The notes beneath the pieces are model-generated. The model was not told the origin of the DNA. It saw nothing but the letters and a program-made list of their open reading frames with translations, and searched no databases. This document shows positions 40,006 through 51,842 of a DNA stretch of 64,000 bases, one piece after another. Each line of letters opens with the position of its first letter. Position 1 is the stretch's first letter. The stretch spans positions 2,826,105 to 2,890,104 of the forward strand of contig OY729511.1 of NCBI GenBank assembly GCA_963422435.1, read 5' to 3'. A program made the translations under genes and the position numbers. Source of the DNA: Candidatus Binatia bacterium (lineage in GTDB: Bacteria > Desulfobacterota > Binatia > Bin18).

Positions 40006-42450
40006 ATGACAAATAAAGAGAGCTCGGAAAAAGGAGGAGCCGTGCGTCTACCGCTTTTACCGTTACGAGACATTATTGTTTTTCCTCATATGGTCGTTCC
40101 CCTCTTTGTGGGACGGCAGAAGTCGATTAAGGCGCTCGAAGAATCAGTTGCCGGCGATAAACTGATTTTTCTCGCAACGCAGCGTGATGCGAAAGTCAAC
40201 GATCCGACCGCCAATGACATTTATGCCATGGGTACCATTGGGCATGTTGTGCAACTCCTCCGGTTGCCAGACGGGACAGTGAAGGTGCTGGTTGAGGGGA
40301 AGCAGCGCGGACAGGTCGTCCAGTATGTCGAGCAGAACGACTTCTTCTGGGCCGACGTTGAGGAAGTTGAAGAAGCGTCACAACGACAAGCCGAAATCGA
40401 CGCGTTGGTGAAAAGCGTTAATACGGTATTTGAGAACTATGTGCGTCTGAATAAGAAGATTCCTCCAGAGATGATAATGTCGGTCTCGGCGCTTGATGAC
40501 CCGTCCCGCCTCGCCGATACCATTATTGCCCACCTTGGGATTAAACTGGAGGATAAACAGACCCTGCTTGAAACGATCGATCCCGCTGACCGACTGGAGA
40601 AAGTGCTGAGCTTTACGCGTTCTGAGATTGAGATACTTGAAGTGGAACGCAGGATACGCAACCGGGTCAAAAAACAAATGGAAAAGACCCAGAAGGAGTA
40701 CTATCTCAACGAGCAAATGCGGGCCATTCAAAAAGAGCTCGGAGAAAAAGACGAATTCAAGAACGAGTTGCAAGAGCTTGAAGAAAAAATTCGACAAAAG
40801 AAATTGTCTCAAGAGGCTCGGGACAAAGTAGAAAAGGAGCTCAAGAAGCTCAAGATGATGTCGCCGATGTCCGCCGAGGCGACTGTTGTGCGAAACTATA
40901 TAGACTGGTTGCTCGTCCTTCCCTGGTATGAATACACCGAAGATAAACTGGACATTCAAGATGCAGAAAAGATTTTAGACGAGGACCACTGCGGTCTGGA
41001 AAAGGTCAAGGAACGAACCCTGGAATACCTTGCCGTCCAAAGCCTGGTCGGCGAGGTAAAAGGTCCGATTCTCTGTTTTGTTGGTCCTCCGGGGGTGGGG
41101 AAAACTTCTTTGGGAAAATCCATTGCCCGCTCGACGGACCGAAAGTTTGTTCGCATCTCTCTCGGTGGAGTACGCGACGAGGCAGAAATCCGGGGGCACC
41201 GACGGACCTATATCGGAGCAATGCCGGGGAAAATAATCCAAGGTATGAAAAAAGCGGGCTCAGGGAACCCGGTCTTTCTCCTTGATGAAATTGACAAGAT
41301 GTCAACCGATTTCCGAGGAGATCCGTCCGCCGCGTTGATGGAAGTTCTTGACCCAGAGCAGAATACGACCTTCAACGATCATTACCTTGATGTGGATTAC
41401 GATCTGTCAAAAATTCTTTTTATCTGTACGGCAAATACTCTTGAGCGGATTCCACGTCCCCTACAGGACCGCATGGAGATCATTCGAATCCCCGGTTATA
41501 CTGAGTGGGAAAAATTAAACATCGCGAAGCATTTTTTGTTTAAAAAGCAACGTGAGGCAAATGGGCTGACTGAGAAGAATATCACATGCTCTGACCGGAC
41601 CCTGTCTACCGTGGTACGCTCCTACACTCGAGAATCTGGAGTTAGAAATCTCGAGCGAGAGATTGCGACGCTGTGTCGAAAGGTTGCAGTAGAAGTTGTC
41701 AAAAAGGGCAAAGATATCCATGTGCGGTTAAATCAGAAACGCCTCGAAAAGTATTTGGGGCCGGTTCGATACCGGGTGAGTAAGACAGAGCAGGAAGACA
41801 AGGTTGGGGTCGTGACTGGATTGGCCTGGACAGATATGGGGGGTGAACTGCTTGCTACTGAGGTGACCATTGTCCCTGGTAAAGGCAAGTTAACTATTAC
41901 TGGAAAAATTGGCGACGTAATGCAAGAATCAGCCCAGGCGGCGATGAGCTACGTGCGCTCTCGTGCCGATGAGTTAGGGCTCGACAAGGATTTTTACCAG
42001 AACATTGATGTGCATATCCATATTCCAGAAGGCGCTATTCCGAAGGATGGTCCGTCGGCCGGCGTGACGATGGCAACCTGCCTGGTATCAGCGCTGACAA
42101 AGCTCCCGGTTCGACATGACACCGCTATGACCGGGGAAATTACCCTTCGTGGTCGCGTGCTCCCTATTGGTGGTCTCAAGGAGAAGATACTTGCTGCCCA
42201 TCGTGGAGGGATAACAAGAATACTCATCCCGGTCGAAAATGAAAAAGACCTACAGGAAGTTCCGGCGAATATCCTACGAGCAGTTCATGTCGCACCTGTT
42301 GACCATCTCGACGCAGTGCTCCGCAATGCTCTCGCCCTTGCCGAGCCCGATGAGTTTCTCGCAAAGAATGAGGCGGTGGTTGATGAGGAGCCTCTCTACT
42401 CTTCCGATACACCTGATCCGACTGAATCAACCGAGATCGTGACACATTAA
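40006..42450 (+). CDS. lon: ATP-dependent Lon protease
   Basis: LON N-domain, AAA+ module ([17 protein letters not shown]), and protease Ser-Lys dyad region [17 protein letters not shown]. Confidence 0.9.
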   Translation: MTNKESSEKGGAVRLPLLPLRDIIVFPHMVVPLFVGRQKSIKALEESVAGDKLIFLATQRDAKVNDPTANDIYAMGTIGHVVQLLRLPDGTVKVLVEGKQRGQVVQYVEQNDFFWADVEEVEEASQRQAEIDALVKSVNTVFENYVRLNKKIPPEMIMSVSALDDPSRLADTIIAHLGIKLEDKQTLLETIDPADRLEKVLSFTRSEIEILEVERRIRNRVKKQMEKTQKEYYLNEQMRAIQKELGEKDEFKNELQELEEKIRQKKLSQEARDKVEKELKKLKMMSPMSAEATVVRNYIDWLLVLPWYEYTEDKLDIQDAEKILDEDHCGLEKVKERTLEYLAVQSLVGEVKGPILCFVGPPGVGKTSLGKSIARSTDRKFVRISLGGVRDEAEIRGHRRTYIGAMPGKIIQGMKKAGSGNPVFLLDEIDKMSTDFRGDPSAALMEVLDPEQNTTFNDHYLDVDYDLSKILFICTANTLERIPRPLQDRMEIIRIPGYTEWEKLNIAKHFLFKKQREANGLTEKNITCSDRTLSTVVRSYTRESGVRNLEREIATLCRKVAVEVVKKGKDIHVRLNQKRLEKYLGPVRYRVSKTEQEDKVGVVTGLAWTDMGGELLATEVTIVPGKGKLTITGKIGDVMQESAQAAMSYVRSRADELGLDKDFYQNIDVHIHIPEGAIPKDGPSAGVTMATCLVSALTKLPVRHDTAMTGEITLRGRVLPIGGLKEKILAAHRGGITRILIPVENEKDLQEVPANILRAVHVAPVDHLDAVLRNALALAEPDEFLAKNEAVVDEEPLYSSDTPDPTESTEIVTH

Positions 42451-42545
42451 TGAACATGAGGGGATTGACTGGGAAAGGGAGCGGTGGTAGGGCTCAGAGC
42501 CTCGTTTAGAGTAAGGCTCGCCAGCCTCTTTCGTCCTTGTATGTA

Positions 42546-42617
42546 GGGCGGTTAGCTCAGAGGAAGAGCATCGGCCTTACAAGCCGAGGGCCATCCGTTC
42601 AAATCGGATACCGCCCA
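42546..42617 (+). tRNA. tRNA-Val (anticodon TAC)
   Basis: GGGCGGT/ACCGCCC acceptor stem, anticodon loop CTTACAA. Confidence 0.75.
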
Positions 42618-42623
42618 TATGGT

Positions 42624-42701
42624 GGGGTCGTAGTTCAGCTGGTTTAGAACGCCGGCCTGTCACGCCGGAGGTCGCGAGTTCGAGTCTCGTCGGCCCCGCC
42701 A
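42624..42701 (+). tRNA. tRNA-Asp (anticodon GTC), CCA encoded
   Basis: Anticodon loop CTGTCAC, GAGTTCGAGTCTC T-arm, 3' CCA present. Confidence 0.8.
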
Positions 42702-42735
42702 TCCCCCATACCTTTAGATGAAGGCGCTGTGATAC

Positions 42736-43170
42736 ATGAAGAAAGAGACTCAAATATTACCCCAGGAGCAAGCGCTCTCGACACGTCATTGGTATCTTGT
42801 AGACGCGAAAGACCAAATCGTTGGGCGTCTTGCAAGTACCATCGCGAGCGCCTTACGCGGTAAGGGAAATCCAGCCTTTTCTCCTCATACTGACAATGGA
42901 GACTTTATTGTTGTCATTAATGCACGCCATGTGAAACTGACGGGAAAGAAGCTTCAGGATAAACAATACTACCGGCATACGGGATACCCGGGCGGTATAC
43001 GACAGCGGTCTGCGGAACAACTGATCAAATCGTCTCCTGAACACATCCTGAAAAAGGCGGTGACGGGGATGTTGCCGAAGAATGCTCTCGGACGCAAGTT
43101 GGTAAGGAAATTAAAAATCTATCCTGACGCATCACACCCACACGCTGCCCAGATGCCAACCGCCAGATAG
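42736..43170 (+). CDS. rplM: 50S ribosomal protein L13
   Basis: STRHWYLVDAKDQIVGRLASTIA conserved N-terminus. Confidence 0.9.
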   Translation: MKKETQILPQEQALSTRHWYLVDAKDQIVGRLASTIASALRGKGNPAFSPHTDNGDFIVVINARHVKLTGKKLQDKQYYRHTGYPGGIRQRSAEQLIKSSPEHILKKAVTGMLPKNALGRKLVRKLKIYPDASHPHAAQMPTAR

Positions 43171-43210
43171 AGAGTAGGGATCAAGAAAGTAGAGAAGGAA
43201 AGCGTTTTGT

Positions 43211-43609
43211 ATGGCTGAGAATCAATCAGAATGTTGGGGAACTGGAAAACGAAAAACTGCGATTGCCAGAGTTCGCCTTCTTCCTGGAGAAGGGCGGTGC
43301 ACAGTCAACACAAAATCCCTTGACGAATATTTTGGTCGTGAAGCGATCCGTATGATTGCGCGGCAGCCACTCATTGTGACGCAAACGGAAGACCAATACG
43401 ATGTTAAGGCCAATGTCCAAGGGGGGGGGAACTCTGCTCAGGCTGCCGCTATTCGTCATGGGATTACCCGCGCCCTTCTCAAAGCTAACCCAGACTTTCG
43501 GACCCTCCTGAAAAAAGAAGGATTTATTACCCGTGACTCACGAGAAGTTGAGCGCAAGAAGTATGGCAGGCATAAGGCGCGGAAGCGTCCTCAGTATTCA
43601 AAGCGGTAA
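43211..43609 (+). CDS. rpsI: 30S ribosomal protein S9
   Basis: [12 protein letters not shown]...GGGNSAQA...C-terminal RKRPQYSKR. Confidence 0.9.
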   Translation: MAENQSECWGTGKRKTAIARVRLLPGEGRCTVNTKSLDEYFGREAIRMIARQPLIVTQTEDQYDVKANVQGGGNSAQAAAIRHGITRALLKANPDFRTLLKKEGFITRDSREVERKKYGRHKARKRPQYSKR

Positions 43610-43624
43610 GATTTTCCAGGCCAA

Positions 43625-44737
43625 TTAATCGATACCGAGAAGGAAATAGATACCGACTAAGCTGAGCGTCCCATTGGCGAGCCAAGCGGAGAGGGTCGGA
43701 GGAAGAATCCCACCGTTACCGAGAGAAACGGTGAGGGCGAGAAAGACCCAGTAACCAAACCCGACAAGGAGTGCCGAAGCGAGTGCTGTTGGCACGGTAA
43801 GCTGCTTTGCGCCCGGTATTGCAAGTGCCGCCCCTAACAGTGTCATCACGAATGCCGCAAAAGGGATCGCTCCCTTGAGTTTGAGGTCTACTTGATACTC
43901 TGTCGTATCGAGCCCCTTTTGCTGGAGGTCTACGATATAGGCTCTGAGTGCCTGTGACGAAAACTCTTCGGATTTCATGGCAATAAGGGAGAAGTCTTCT
44001 GGTGTTTCCTTGAGTAGAAGAGATGGCGGGGGCGAATGATGTGCACTTCCGCGCTCTAACCGGCTCTCCTGGACCCCTTCAAAATACCATTTTCCGTCTC
44101 GCCAAGAGGCTTGAGCAACCCTTGTCAAAGCCTGCACCTGAAAATTCTCACTGAGGGTATAAATAGTGAGACCGGAAAGGATATTGCGGCGCGAATCAAA
44201 ATGGCCGATATGGTAGAAGCTATTTGTCCCATGATACCAGAACCCTCGCGTCTGAAAGAGACCCTTAAAAGTCTTGCCTTTAATCTCCACGGTATTGATA
44301 TAGCGAGACTTGTGAAAGGCGTACGGAACGACATGTTCGTTCCACGCCCATCCACCAAGACTGAGTACACCGGCAGATAAGAGGAGGGGAGCCGCCATCT
44401 GCCAGGCACTCACACCACAGGCTTTGAGTGCCTGGAGTTCCTTATGGCGAGAGAGAATTCCGAGGCTCAGCAGCGATCCGGCGAGTGCCGCGGCGGGGAC
44501 AGCTTGGGTGACAAAGAGGGGTAATTTAAAGAGAAAATAACTGCCTATAGCAGACAGGGACGCTTTGTATTTCACGAAGCTGTTAAAACGGTCAAAAAAA
44601 TCAACCAGCAGCGAAAGCCCGAGAAAGAGGAGCAGGCAGAGCGCAAAGAGGCGAATAAATTCCTTGCACAAATAGGCTGCGATGAGTCGAGAAGGAAAAG
44701 GAAAGCCGGTTTGACCCATAACCCGCGTCAGACTCAT
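43625..44737 (-). CDS. lptG: LPS export ABC transporter permease LptG (YjgP/YjgQ family)
   Basis: Six-TM YjgP/YjgQ architecture with a periplasmic beta-jellyroll region. The start ATG overlaps the lptF stop (ATGA). Confidence 0.75.
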   Translation of the reverse strand: MSLTRVMGQTGFPFPSRLIAAYLCKEFIRLFALCLLLFLGLSLLVDFFDRFNSFVKYKASLSAIGSYFLFKLPLFVTQAVPAAALAGSLLSLGILSRHKELQALKACGVSAWQMAAPLLLSAGVLSLGGWAWNEHVVPYAFHKSRYINTVEIKGKTFKGLFQTRGFWYHGTNSFYHIGHFDSRRNILSGLTIYTLSENFQVQALTRVAQASWRDGKWYFEGVQESRLERGSAHHSPPPSLLLKETPEDFSLIAMKSEEFSSQALRAYIVDLQQKGLDTTEYQVDLKLKGAIPFAAFVMTLLGAALAIPGAKQLTVPTALASALLVGFGYWVFLALTVSLGNGGILPPTLSAWLANGTLSLVGIYFLLGID

Positions 44738-45912
44738 TGGGTGACCAAAGAGGACAATGGGCGCTTGGAAAAACACTGCGACAACCAAGTCAATAGGGGA
44801 AAAAGAGGTTTTTCTTGCGTCACCCGAGAGAAGAGATAGGCGCCGAGACCGCCTAAGACGCCATTCGGTATCCACAGGGCAATTGCAGGAGGGAGTACCC
44901 CTCTTTCTCCAAACGTCTCCCCGGCAGTAAGCAGAAGATAGTAGAGCAGGATAACACCGAGGCTGATGCCAAATCCGACCGAACGAAAGGCCCAAGTCGT
45001 TCGCACGCTGAGAGGAAGAGCGATCAGACTGAAGACTACACACGCGAACGGCAGGGCAAGGCGGCGATGAAATTCAACGAGTGCTTTATTGTGTTGTGAA
45101 GACGCTTCTTGGACTTGAGACAAACGGTGGAGGAGCTCCGCTAGAGTCATATCTTTGGGGCTATGGTTCGGCTCGCTCATGTGAGCGAGCAGTGCGGTAG
45201 TATCCAAAGTCACATCATAGACAGAAAAATGAGTGGTCTGATGACCTTTTTCTGTTTGTTGCCTGCTATGCACAGTCCCCTTGTTTAAGCGCAGGGTCAA
45301 CAGATTTCCTTCAGCACTGGGAACAATGAGGCCATCATGAGCAAAGATAGTATCTTTTCTGTGTGGAGTCCGGCTATCCGCGATCATGATCCCCTTGAGA
45401 ATCGTACCTGGCGGTTCAATTTCTTCCGCATAGATAACCAGACCTGAAAATTCACTATTGAACGTCTTTTCTTTTAAGCCTGCGGTTGCCCGTGTTTTCG
45501 AAACATCATAGAACACACGATCGAGGCTGGAATTACTCCACGGACGGACAGCGAGAGTGAGGAAAAAAGAGAGCCCCAAAAGAACCGCTGTCAGCAGATG
45601 CAGTGGCACGGCTATTTGAGAGAGGCTAATACCGCAACTTTTCAGCGCAATGATCTCTCTGTCTGTTGAGAGACGGCCAAATCCCCAGAGAATGGCAAGG
45701 AGGAAGGCCATCGGTACGGTCACTTCGAGAAAAGAAGGAAGAACAAAAAACAGCATCTTACTGACATGCAGGACTGATACGCCTCGACTGATGACTAAAT
45801 CAACGAGTTCCAGAATCCGAGCCGTGAACAAAATGCAGGTAAAGATGAGCAAACTGAGACAGAAGGGCAGAGCAATTTCGAAGAAGATATAGCGTATCAA
45901 AATTTTGCCCAT
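44734..45912 (-). CDS. lptF: LPS export ABC transporter permease LptF (YjgP/YjgQ family)
   Basis: MGKILIRYIFFEIALPF N-terminus typical of LptF. 392 aa. Confidence 0.8.
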   Translation of the reverse strand: MGKILIRYIFFEIALPFCLSLLIFTCILFTARILELVDLVISRGVSVLHVSKMLFFVLPSFLEVTVPMAFLLAILWGFGRLSTDREIIALKSCGISLSQIAVPLHLLTAVLLGLSFFLTLAVRPWSNSSLDRVFYDVSKTRATAGLKEKTFNSEFSGLVIYAEEIEPPGTILKGIMIADSRTPHRKDTIFAHDGLIVPSAEGNLLTLRLNKGTVHSRQQTEKGHQTTHFSVYDVTLDTTALLAHMSEPNHSPKDMTLAELLHRLSQVQEASSQHNKALVEFHRRLALPFACVVFSLIALPLSVRTTWAFRSVGFGISLGVILLYYLLLTAGETFGERGVLPPAIALWIPNGVLGGLGAYLFSRVTQEKPLFPLLTWLSQCFSKRPLSSLVTQ

Positions 45913-46663
45913 GAAACGAAATCCTAGAAGAAATATCGTACACTGTAAATCGCGTGTACTATACGGCCTCCGTTCTCTCAACGAGTACCTCCGGACACAG
46001 CCAGAAAAAATCGAGACCATATATGCTCTCCGATTGCAGAAAACGGAGGGCATCATTCAATATGCTCGACAGCTTCACATATCCATTCACTACCAATCCG
46101 CAGCTTTCCTCGATACCCTGACGTATGGGGGAAATCACCAAGGAATCGCCGCTCAGATGCGTCCGTTTCAGTATGCGGCCCTGACTGACCTCATACAGAG
46201 CTCGATAGACTGTATTCTGGTACTCGATGAGATAGTGGACCCGCGGAATCTTGGAGCGCTGCTGAGAACAGCAGAGTCAGCGAAAGTTGGAGGTGTGATA
46301 CTGACGAGGCGACGTTCTGCGCCACTCTCGGCGAGTGTTGAAAAAGCGGCCGCCGGGGCAACGGCGTATCTTCCTATCTGTCGAATTGGAAATTTGCAGC
46401 GTGCCCTCATGGCCTTAAAACAAGCGAATTTCTGGCTTGTCGGACTCAATCCGCAGGCAACCTCCACAGTGTATGATCTCGATATGCATGGAAAAGTCGC
46501 CCTCGTCCTGGGTGGCGAAGGTAAGGGAATTCGCCCACTCGTCCAGAACACCTGTGATTCCTTAGTATCAATACCGATGGAAGGACGGATTTCCTCTCTG
46601 AATGTTTCTGTTGCCGGTGCCGTCGTACTCTATGAACGTCTTCGTCAGATTCGTAAACCGTAG
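45911..46663 (+). CDS. rlmB: TrmH/SpoU family rRNA 2'-O-methyltransferase (RlmB-like)
   Basis: SpoU substrate-binding N-terminal domain plus SpoU methylase motifs (PRNLGALLRTAESAKVGGVIL, GLNVSVAGAVVLYE). Confidence 0.75.
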   Translation: MKRNPRRNIVHCKSRVLYGLRSLNEYLRTQPEKIETIYALRLQKTEGIIQYARQLHISIHYQSAAFLDTLTYGGNHQGIAAQMRPFQYAALTDLIQSSIDCILVLDEIVDPRNLGALLRTAESAKVGGVILTRRRSAPLSASVEKAAAGATAYLPICRIGNLQRALMALKQANFWLVGLNPQATSTVYDLDMHGKVALVLGGEGKGIRPLVQNTCDSLVSIPMEGRISSLNVSVAGAVVLYERLRQIRKP

Positions 46664-46795
46664 TACTATAAAGTCTCATGGGAGCGGACCTGCCCGTCGT
46701 CAGGTCGTTTTTTGCCAGGTATCCGTAACGTATAGAAATTGAATTGCTATTGACTGCCGGGATGAGCTAGGGTAGGATCGGCTGCTCTTCCGAGG

Positions 46796-46801
46796 TATAA
46801 T
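46796..46801 (+). promoter_or_regulatory. Candidate -10 hexamer TATAAT upstream of the thrU-tyrU-glyT-thrT-tuf tRNA operon
   Basis: Perfect TATAAT about 69 nt upstream of the first tRNA; no good -35 hexamer at 17 nt spacing. Confidence 0.25.
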
Positions 46802-46869
46802 AAGGTTTCTTTTGGAAAGACCCTGAAATCCACATAATTATTGAGCTACGGGAAACCATACTCTGGAGC

Positions 46870-46941
46870 GCTGGCGTAGCTCAACGGTAGAGCAACTGAT
46901 TTGTAATCAGTAGGTTGTAGGTTCAATTCCTATCGCCAGCC
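46870..46941 (+). tRNA. tRNA-Thr (anticodon TGT)
   Basis: GCTGGCG/CGCCAGC acceptor stem, anticodon loop TTTGTAA. Confidence 0.75.
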
Positions 46942-46967
46942 TTCTTCGATATGAAAACCGTGCACAT

Positions 46968-47053
46968 GGAGAGGTGCCCGAGCGGCCAAAGGGAGCAGAC
47001 TGTAAATCTGCCGGCATATGCCTTCGAAGGTTCGAATCCTTCCCTCTCCACCA
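46968..47053 (+). tRNA. tRNA-Tyr (anticodon GTA), long variable arm, CCA encoded
   Basis: GGAGAGG/CCTCTCC acceptor stem, anticodon loop CTGTAAA, long variable arm. Confidence 0.8.
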
Positions 47054-47073
47054 GAAAACAGGGAAGACTTTGG

Positions 47074-47150
47074 GCGGGAATAGCTCAGTTGGCTAGAGCG
47101 CGAGCCTTCCAAGCTCGGGGTCGCGGGTTCGAGTCCCGTTTCCCGCTCCA
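47074..47150 (+). tRNA. tRNA-Gly (anticodon TCC), CCA encoded
   Basis: GCGGGAA/TTCCCGC acceptor stem, anticodon loop CTTCCAA. Confidence 0.8.
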
Positions 47151-47254
47151 ATACTTTGTAAGAGGGAACGGTGTCTCCTACAATTCTTCTGGCATATTAT
47201 AGGATAGATGCCTCATTCTGTAGGTGATGATGAAGTGAGAAAATTGGTCCCAAT

Positions 47255-47327
47255 GCCCAGGTAGCTCAGCAGGTAGAGCACGTCCTTGGTAAGGACGAGG
47301 TCGGCGGTTCAAGCCCGCTCCTGGGCT
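47255..47327 (+). tRNA. tRNA-Thr (anticodon GGT)
   Basis: GCCCAGG/CCTGGGC acceptor stem, anticodon loop TTGGTAA. Confidence 0.8.
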
Positions 47328-47406
47328 TGTCCTATTTTCACGAAAGAAACGGATTATCAAAAGCTTGACTGTCGGGAAGGTTGGGACAAGTTTCTCACTG
47401 TCGAGC

Positions 47407-48615
<1,209 letters not shown>

Positions 48616-48634
48616 TAGATAGAGAGAATTCATC

Positions 48635-48787
48635 ATGAGAGACCTTGTGGGACTTTCCTGTGAGCGATGTAAAAATAAAAATTATACCGCAACTAAAAAT
48701 AAAAAACTCACTCCCGATAAACTTGTTCGACGGAAATTTTGCCCGGTCTGTCGCTCTCATACCTCACATAAAGAAGTAAAGGTATGA
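48635..48787 (+). CDS. rpmG: 50S ribosomal protein L33
   Basis: 50 aa: MRDLVGLSCERCKNKNYTATKNKKLTPDKLVRRKFCPVCRSHTSHKEVKV (C4 zinc-ribbon L33). Below the ORF-track size cutoff. Confidence 0.8.
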   Translation: MRDLVGLSCERCKNKNYTATKNKKLTPDKLVRRKFCPVCRSHTSHKEVKV

Positions 48788-48794
48788 GAGAGGA

Positions 48795-48869
48795 GGGTCA
48801 GTAGCTCGAATTGGATAGAGCACCGGACTCCAAATCCGGGGGTTGCAGGTTCGAGTCCTGCCTGACCCG
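48795..48869 (+). tRNA. tRNA-Trp (anticodon CCA)
   Basis: GGGTCAG/CTGACCC acceptor stem, anticodon loop CTCCAAA. Conserved position between rpmG and secE. Confidence 0.8.
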
Positions 48870-48917
48870 TCTCCTTTGGGTAGGTGCGTTTCTTCTGGCG
48901 AGAGAGGAGAGTACTAT

Positions 48918-49112
48918 ATGGGCGCGTTTGAGATAGCACGGGCATATTGCCAAGAGGCGTGGGCAGAGACCCAGAAGGTCTATTGGCCGAGCCGCAAAGA
49001 GGTTCGCTCTGCGACGCTGGTTGTCCTCCTCCTTGTTGCAATCGTTGCATTGTTCTTGTTCTCAGTCGATGCTGTACTGTCGTGGCTGTTTCGCTCATTC
49101 CTTGGCAATTAA
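48918..49112 (+). CDS. secE: Preprotein translocase subunit SecE
   Basis: 64 aa with a single C-terminal TM helix (ATLVVLLLVAIVALFLF). GAGAGGAGAG Shine-Dalgarno sequence before ATG 48918. The ORF-track N-terminal extension runs through tRNA-Trp and is rejected. Confidence 0.8.
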   Translation: MGAFEIARAYCQEAWAETQKVYWPSRKEVRSATLVVLLLVAIVALFLFSVDAVLSWLFRSFLGN

Positions 49113-49139
49113 CTATCGGCATAAAAGGGGCCTGAGGTC

Positions 49140-49679
49140 ATGGGCAAGCAATGGTATATCGTCCATACCTATTCCGGGTACGAACGCAAAGCGAAAGCCG
49201 CTTTAGAGGAACGTATTCGGACTTTGGGGAAGCAGGAAGCATTCGGAGACGTGCTGGTGCCAGAGGAGCAGGTCGTTGAGTTAGTGAAAGGGAAAAAACG
49301 CACATCGTCTCGGAAATTTTTTCCAGGCTATATCCTCGTTCAGATGGAGATGAATGATGAGACTTGGCATGTCGTCCGGTCAACGCCCAAAGTGACCGGC
49401 TTTGTTGGTGGAGCAAATGATCCTCAGACCATTCCGTCCGTGTCAGAAGCCGAGGTTTCCGAGATTCACCAGCAAGTCGAAGAGGGGGCTTTACGGCCTA
49501 AGCCAAAAATCTCATTTGTGACAGGAGAGGGCGTGAAAGTTGTTGATGGCCCCTTTCAGGATTTTACCGGCGTGGTTGAGGAAGTGAAACCGGATAAGGG
49601 GAAGTTGCGAGTCTTGATTAGTATATTTGGTCGAGCAACTCCGGTTGAGCTTGATCTTGTCCAAGTTGAAAAAGCATAG
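49140..49679 (+). CDS. nusG: Transcription termination/antitermination factor NusG
   Basis: NGN domain ([24 protein letters not shown]) and C-terminal KOW ([21 protein letters not shown]). Confidence 0.9.
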   Translation: MGKQWYIVHTYSGYERKAKAALEERIRTLGKQEAFGDVLVPEEQVVELVKGKKRTSSRKFFPGYILVQMEMNDETWHVVRSTPKVTGFVGGANDPQTIPSVSEAEVSEIHQQVEEGALRPKPKISFVTGEGVKVVDGPFQDFTGVVEEVKPDKGKLRVLISIFGRATPVELDLVQVEKA

Positions 49680-49696
49680 GCAATGGTGAGAAGCCG

Positions 49697-50122
49697 ATGG
49701 CAAAGAAAATAGACACAACAATCAAGCTTCAGATTCCGGCTGGCCACGCGAACCCCAGCCCGCCCGTCGGCCCTGCCCTTGGGCAAAGGGGGGTTAATAT
49801 CATGGAGTTCTGTAAAGCGTTCAATGCGAAAACACAGGACCAGCAAGGGTTGCTGATTCCGGTTGTGATTACCGTTTATGTAGACCGCTCTTTTTCCTTT
49901 ATCACCAAGACGCCGCCCGCCTCTACGCTCCTGAAAAAGGCCGCCGGACTGGAAAAAGCTTCCAGTGAACCGGCGAGGCAGATGACGGGCTCCGTGACCC
50001 AAAAACAGATTGAAGAGATTGCCACGACGAAGATGCCGGACCTGAATGCGAAAGACCTTGAGGGCGCAATGCGCATTATTGCAGGGACGGCGCGCAGCAT
50101 GGGAATAGAGGTAGTGAATTGA
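49697..50122 (+). CDS. rplK: 50S ribosomal protein L11
   Basis: [44 protein letters not shown]. Confidence 0.95.
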   Translation: MAKKIDTTIKLQIPAGHANPSPPVGPALGQRGVNIMEFCKAFNAKTQDQQGLLIPVVITVYVDRSFSFITKTPPASTLLKKAAGLEKASSEPARQMTGSVTQKQIEEIATTKMPDLNAKDLEGAMRIIAGTARSMGIEVVN

Positions 50123-50123
50123 T

Positions 50124-50822
50124 ATGGCTCGAAAAAGCAAAAGTTATCGTTCCGCCCAGGAGAAGGTTGACCGGACTCAGCGCTACCCCTTAGAGGAAGC
50201 GCTCGCCCTTGCCAGCGAGACGAAACGTGCCAAGTTCGATGAGAGTGTCGAACTGGCGGTACGACTCGGTGTTGACCCGAGGAAGGCCGACCAGAACATC
50301 CGTGGGACAGTGCTCCTTCCGCACGGAACCGGTAAGTCCATATGTGTTGCCGTTTTCGCCAAAGGGGAGAAGGCCCAAGAGGCAGAGGAAGCGGGTGCTG
50401 ACGTTGTTGGCGGTGAAGACCTGGCAAAGCGCATTAGTGATGAAGGCTGGCTGGAGTTCGATAAGGCGGTTGCCACTCCAGACATGATGGGAGTCGTTGG
50501 CCGGCTCGGAAAGATTCTCGGGCCGCGAGGCCTGATGCCGAACCCGAAGGTGGGGACGGTGACCACAGATATTGCCCAGGCGGTTCAAGACCTGAAAGGG
50601 GGGAAGGTTGAGTATCGGGTTGACAAAGCGGGCAATGTGCATACGCCGATCGGTAAGGCATCATTTGAAAAAGCGCAGCTTGTTGACAATGCCCAGTCTC
50701 TTCTTGAGAGCCTGGTACGCGCGAAGCCTGCCTCGGCAAAGGGCACCTATCTCAAGAGTATTACGGTGAGTACCAGCATGGGGCCAGGAGTCCGAGTCGA
50801 CCCGGCTGGCTCCTTCCGTTAA
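50124..50822 (+). CDS. rplA: 50S ribosomal protein L1
   Basis: L1 signature ([33 protein letters not shown]). Confidence 0.95.
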   Translation: MARKSKSYRSAQEKVDRTQRYPLEEALALASETKRAKFDESVELAVRLGVDPRKADQNIRGTVLLPHGTGKSICVAVFAKGEKAQEAEEAGADVVGGEDLAKRISDEGWLEFDKAVATPDMMGVVGRLGKILGPRGLMPNPKVGTVTTDIAQAVQDLKGGKVEYRVDKAGNVHTPIGKASFEKAQLVDNAQSLLESLVRAKPASAKGTYLKSITVSTSMGPGVRVDPAGSFR

Positions 50823-50870
50823 GGCGAGGAAAAGCGACACCATTCCTCTCGGCAAGACGAAAGCGAAACA

Positions 50871-51392
50871 ATGGACCGACAAACAAAGGAAGAAACGGTT
50901 ATCGATCTGCAGAATCGATTTGCCAGTGCGACTGCCGCAGTGGTGACCGAATATAAAGGGTTGACAGTCGAAGATATCAACGTGCTACGCCGCACACTGC
51001 GCGAAGTGTCTGGAGAATATCGCGTCGCAAAGAATACGCTGGTAGCGCTCGCTATTGATGGCACTCCGTACCTGTCCTTGAAAGAACTCCTTGCCGGTCA
51101 AAATGGCTTGGTCCTTGGATATGGTGATGTCGTTGGGCTCACCAAGGTTGTTGCTCGCTATGCCTCTGAGAACGAGAAGTTCACTATTAAGGGAGGGGTA
51201 ACAGAGGGACAATTCCTGGAGACTGCGAGCATAGAGGAGATCGCGACACTGCCGAGTCGTGAGGCGCTCCAGGCGCAATTGCTCGGGACGCTCTCTCAAC
51301 CTGCTATCCGCCTAGTCGGGGCGTTATCCGCCCCCGGGAGCCAACTCGCCCGATTGCTGAATGAACGCATGTCCCAACTGAACTCGGACTAA
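50871..51392 (+). CDS. rplJ: 50S ribosomal protein L10
   Basis: N-terminus matches the L10 family; position between rplA and rplL. Confidence 0.9.
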   Translation: MDRQTKEETVIDLQNRFASATAAVVTEYKGLTVEDINVLRRTLREVSGEYRVAKNTLVALAIDGTPYLSLKELLAGQNGLVLGYGDVVGLTKVVARYASENEKFTIKGGVTEGQFLETASIEEIATLPSREALQAQLLGTLSQPAIRLVGALSAPGSQLARLLNERMSQLNSD

Positions 51393-51422
51393 CTGAAAAT
51401 TACTTCCCTGAAGGAGGAATGT

Positions 51423-51818
51423 ATGGCTCTGACAGAAGAGAAGATGGACGAACTCATTAGCACCCTGTCTGACCTCACGATTCTTGAGGCTTCCGATCTG
51501 GTAAAGAAGCTCGAAGAAAAATGGGGCGTCAGCGCTGCAGCTCCTGTGGTTGTTGCTGGAGGCGGAGCCGCTGGGGGTGATGCTGAGCCTGCTGCGGAAG
51601 CGGAGAAGGATGAATTCAACGTTGTGCTGACCGGTCCTGGGGAGAAAAAGATCCAGGTGATTAAGGTTGTCCGTGAGTTGACCGGGCTGGGGCTCAAAGA
51701 AGCCAAAGATCTGGTCGATAGCGCGCCAAAGGCGGTCAAAGAAGGAGCGCCCAAGGCGGAAGCGGAAGAGATCAAAAACAAGCTGGAAGAGGCTGGGGGG
51801 TTGGTTGAGTTGCAGTAG
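51423..51818 (+). CDS. rplL: 50S ribosomal protein L7/L12
   Basis: N-terminal dimerisation helix, Ala/Glu-rich hinge, C-terminal domain [21 protein letters not shown]. Confidence 0.95.
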   Translation: MALTEEKMDELISTLSDLTILEASDLVKKLEEKWGVSAAAPVVVAGGGAAGGDAEPAAEAEKDEFNVVLTGPGEKKIQVIKVVRELTGLGLKEAKDLVDSAPKAVKEGAPKAEAEEIKNKLEEAGGLVELQ

Positions 51819-51842
51819 AGACGGAGTGGCAGGAGGGCATGT

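Noticed and set aside
48843-49112. 89-aa ORF-track version of secE starting at 48843
   Set aside because: Its N-terminal extension runs straight through tRNA-Trp (48795..48869). The real secE starts at ATG 48918, which has a strong Shine-Dalgarno sequence.
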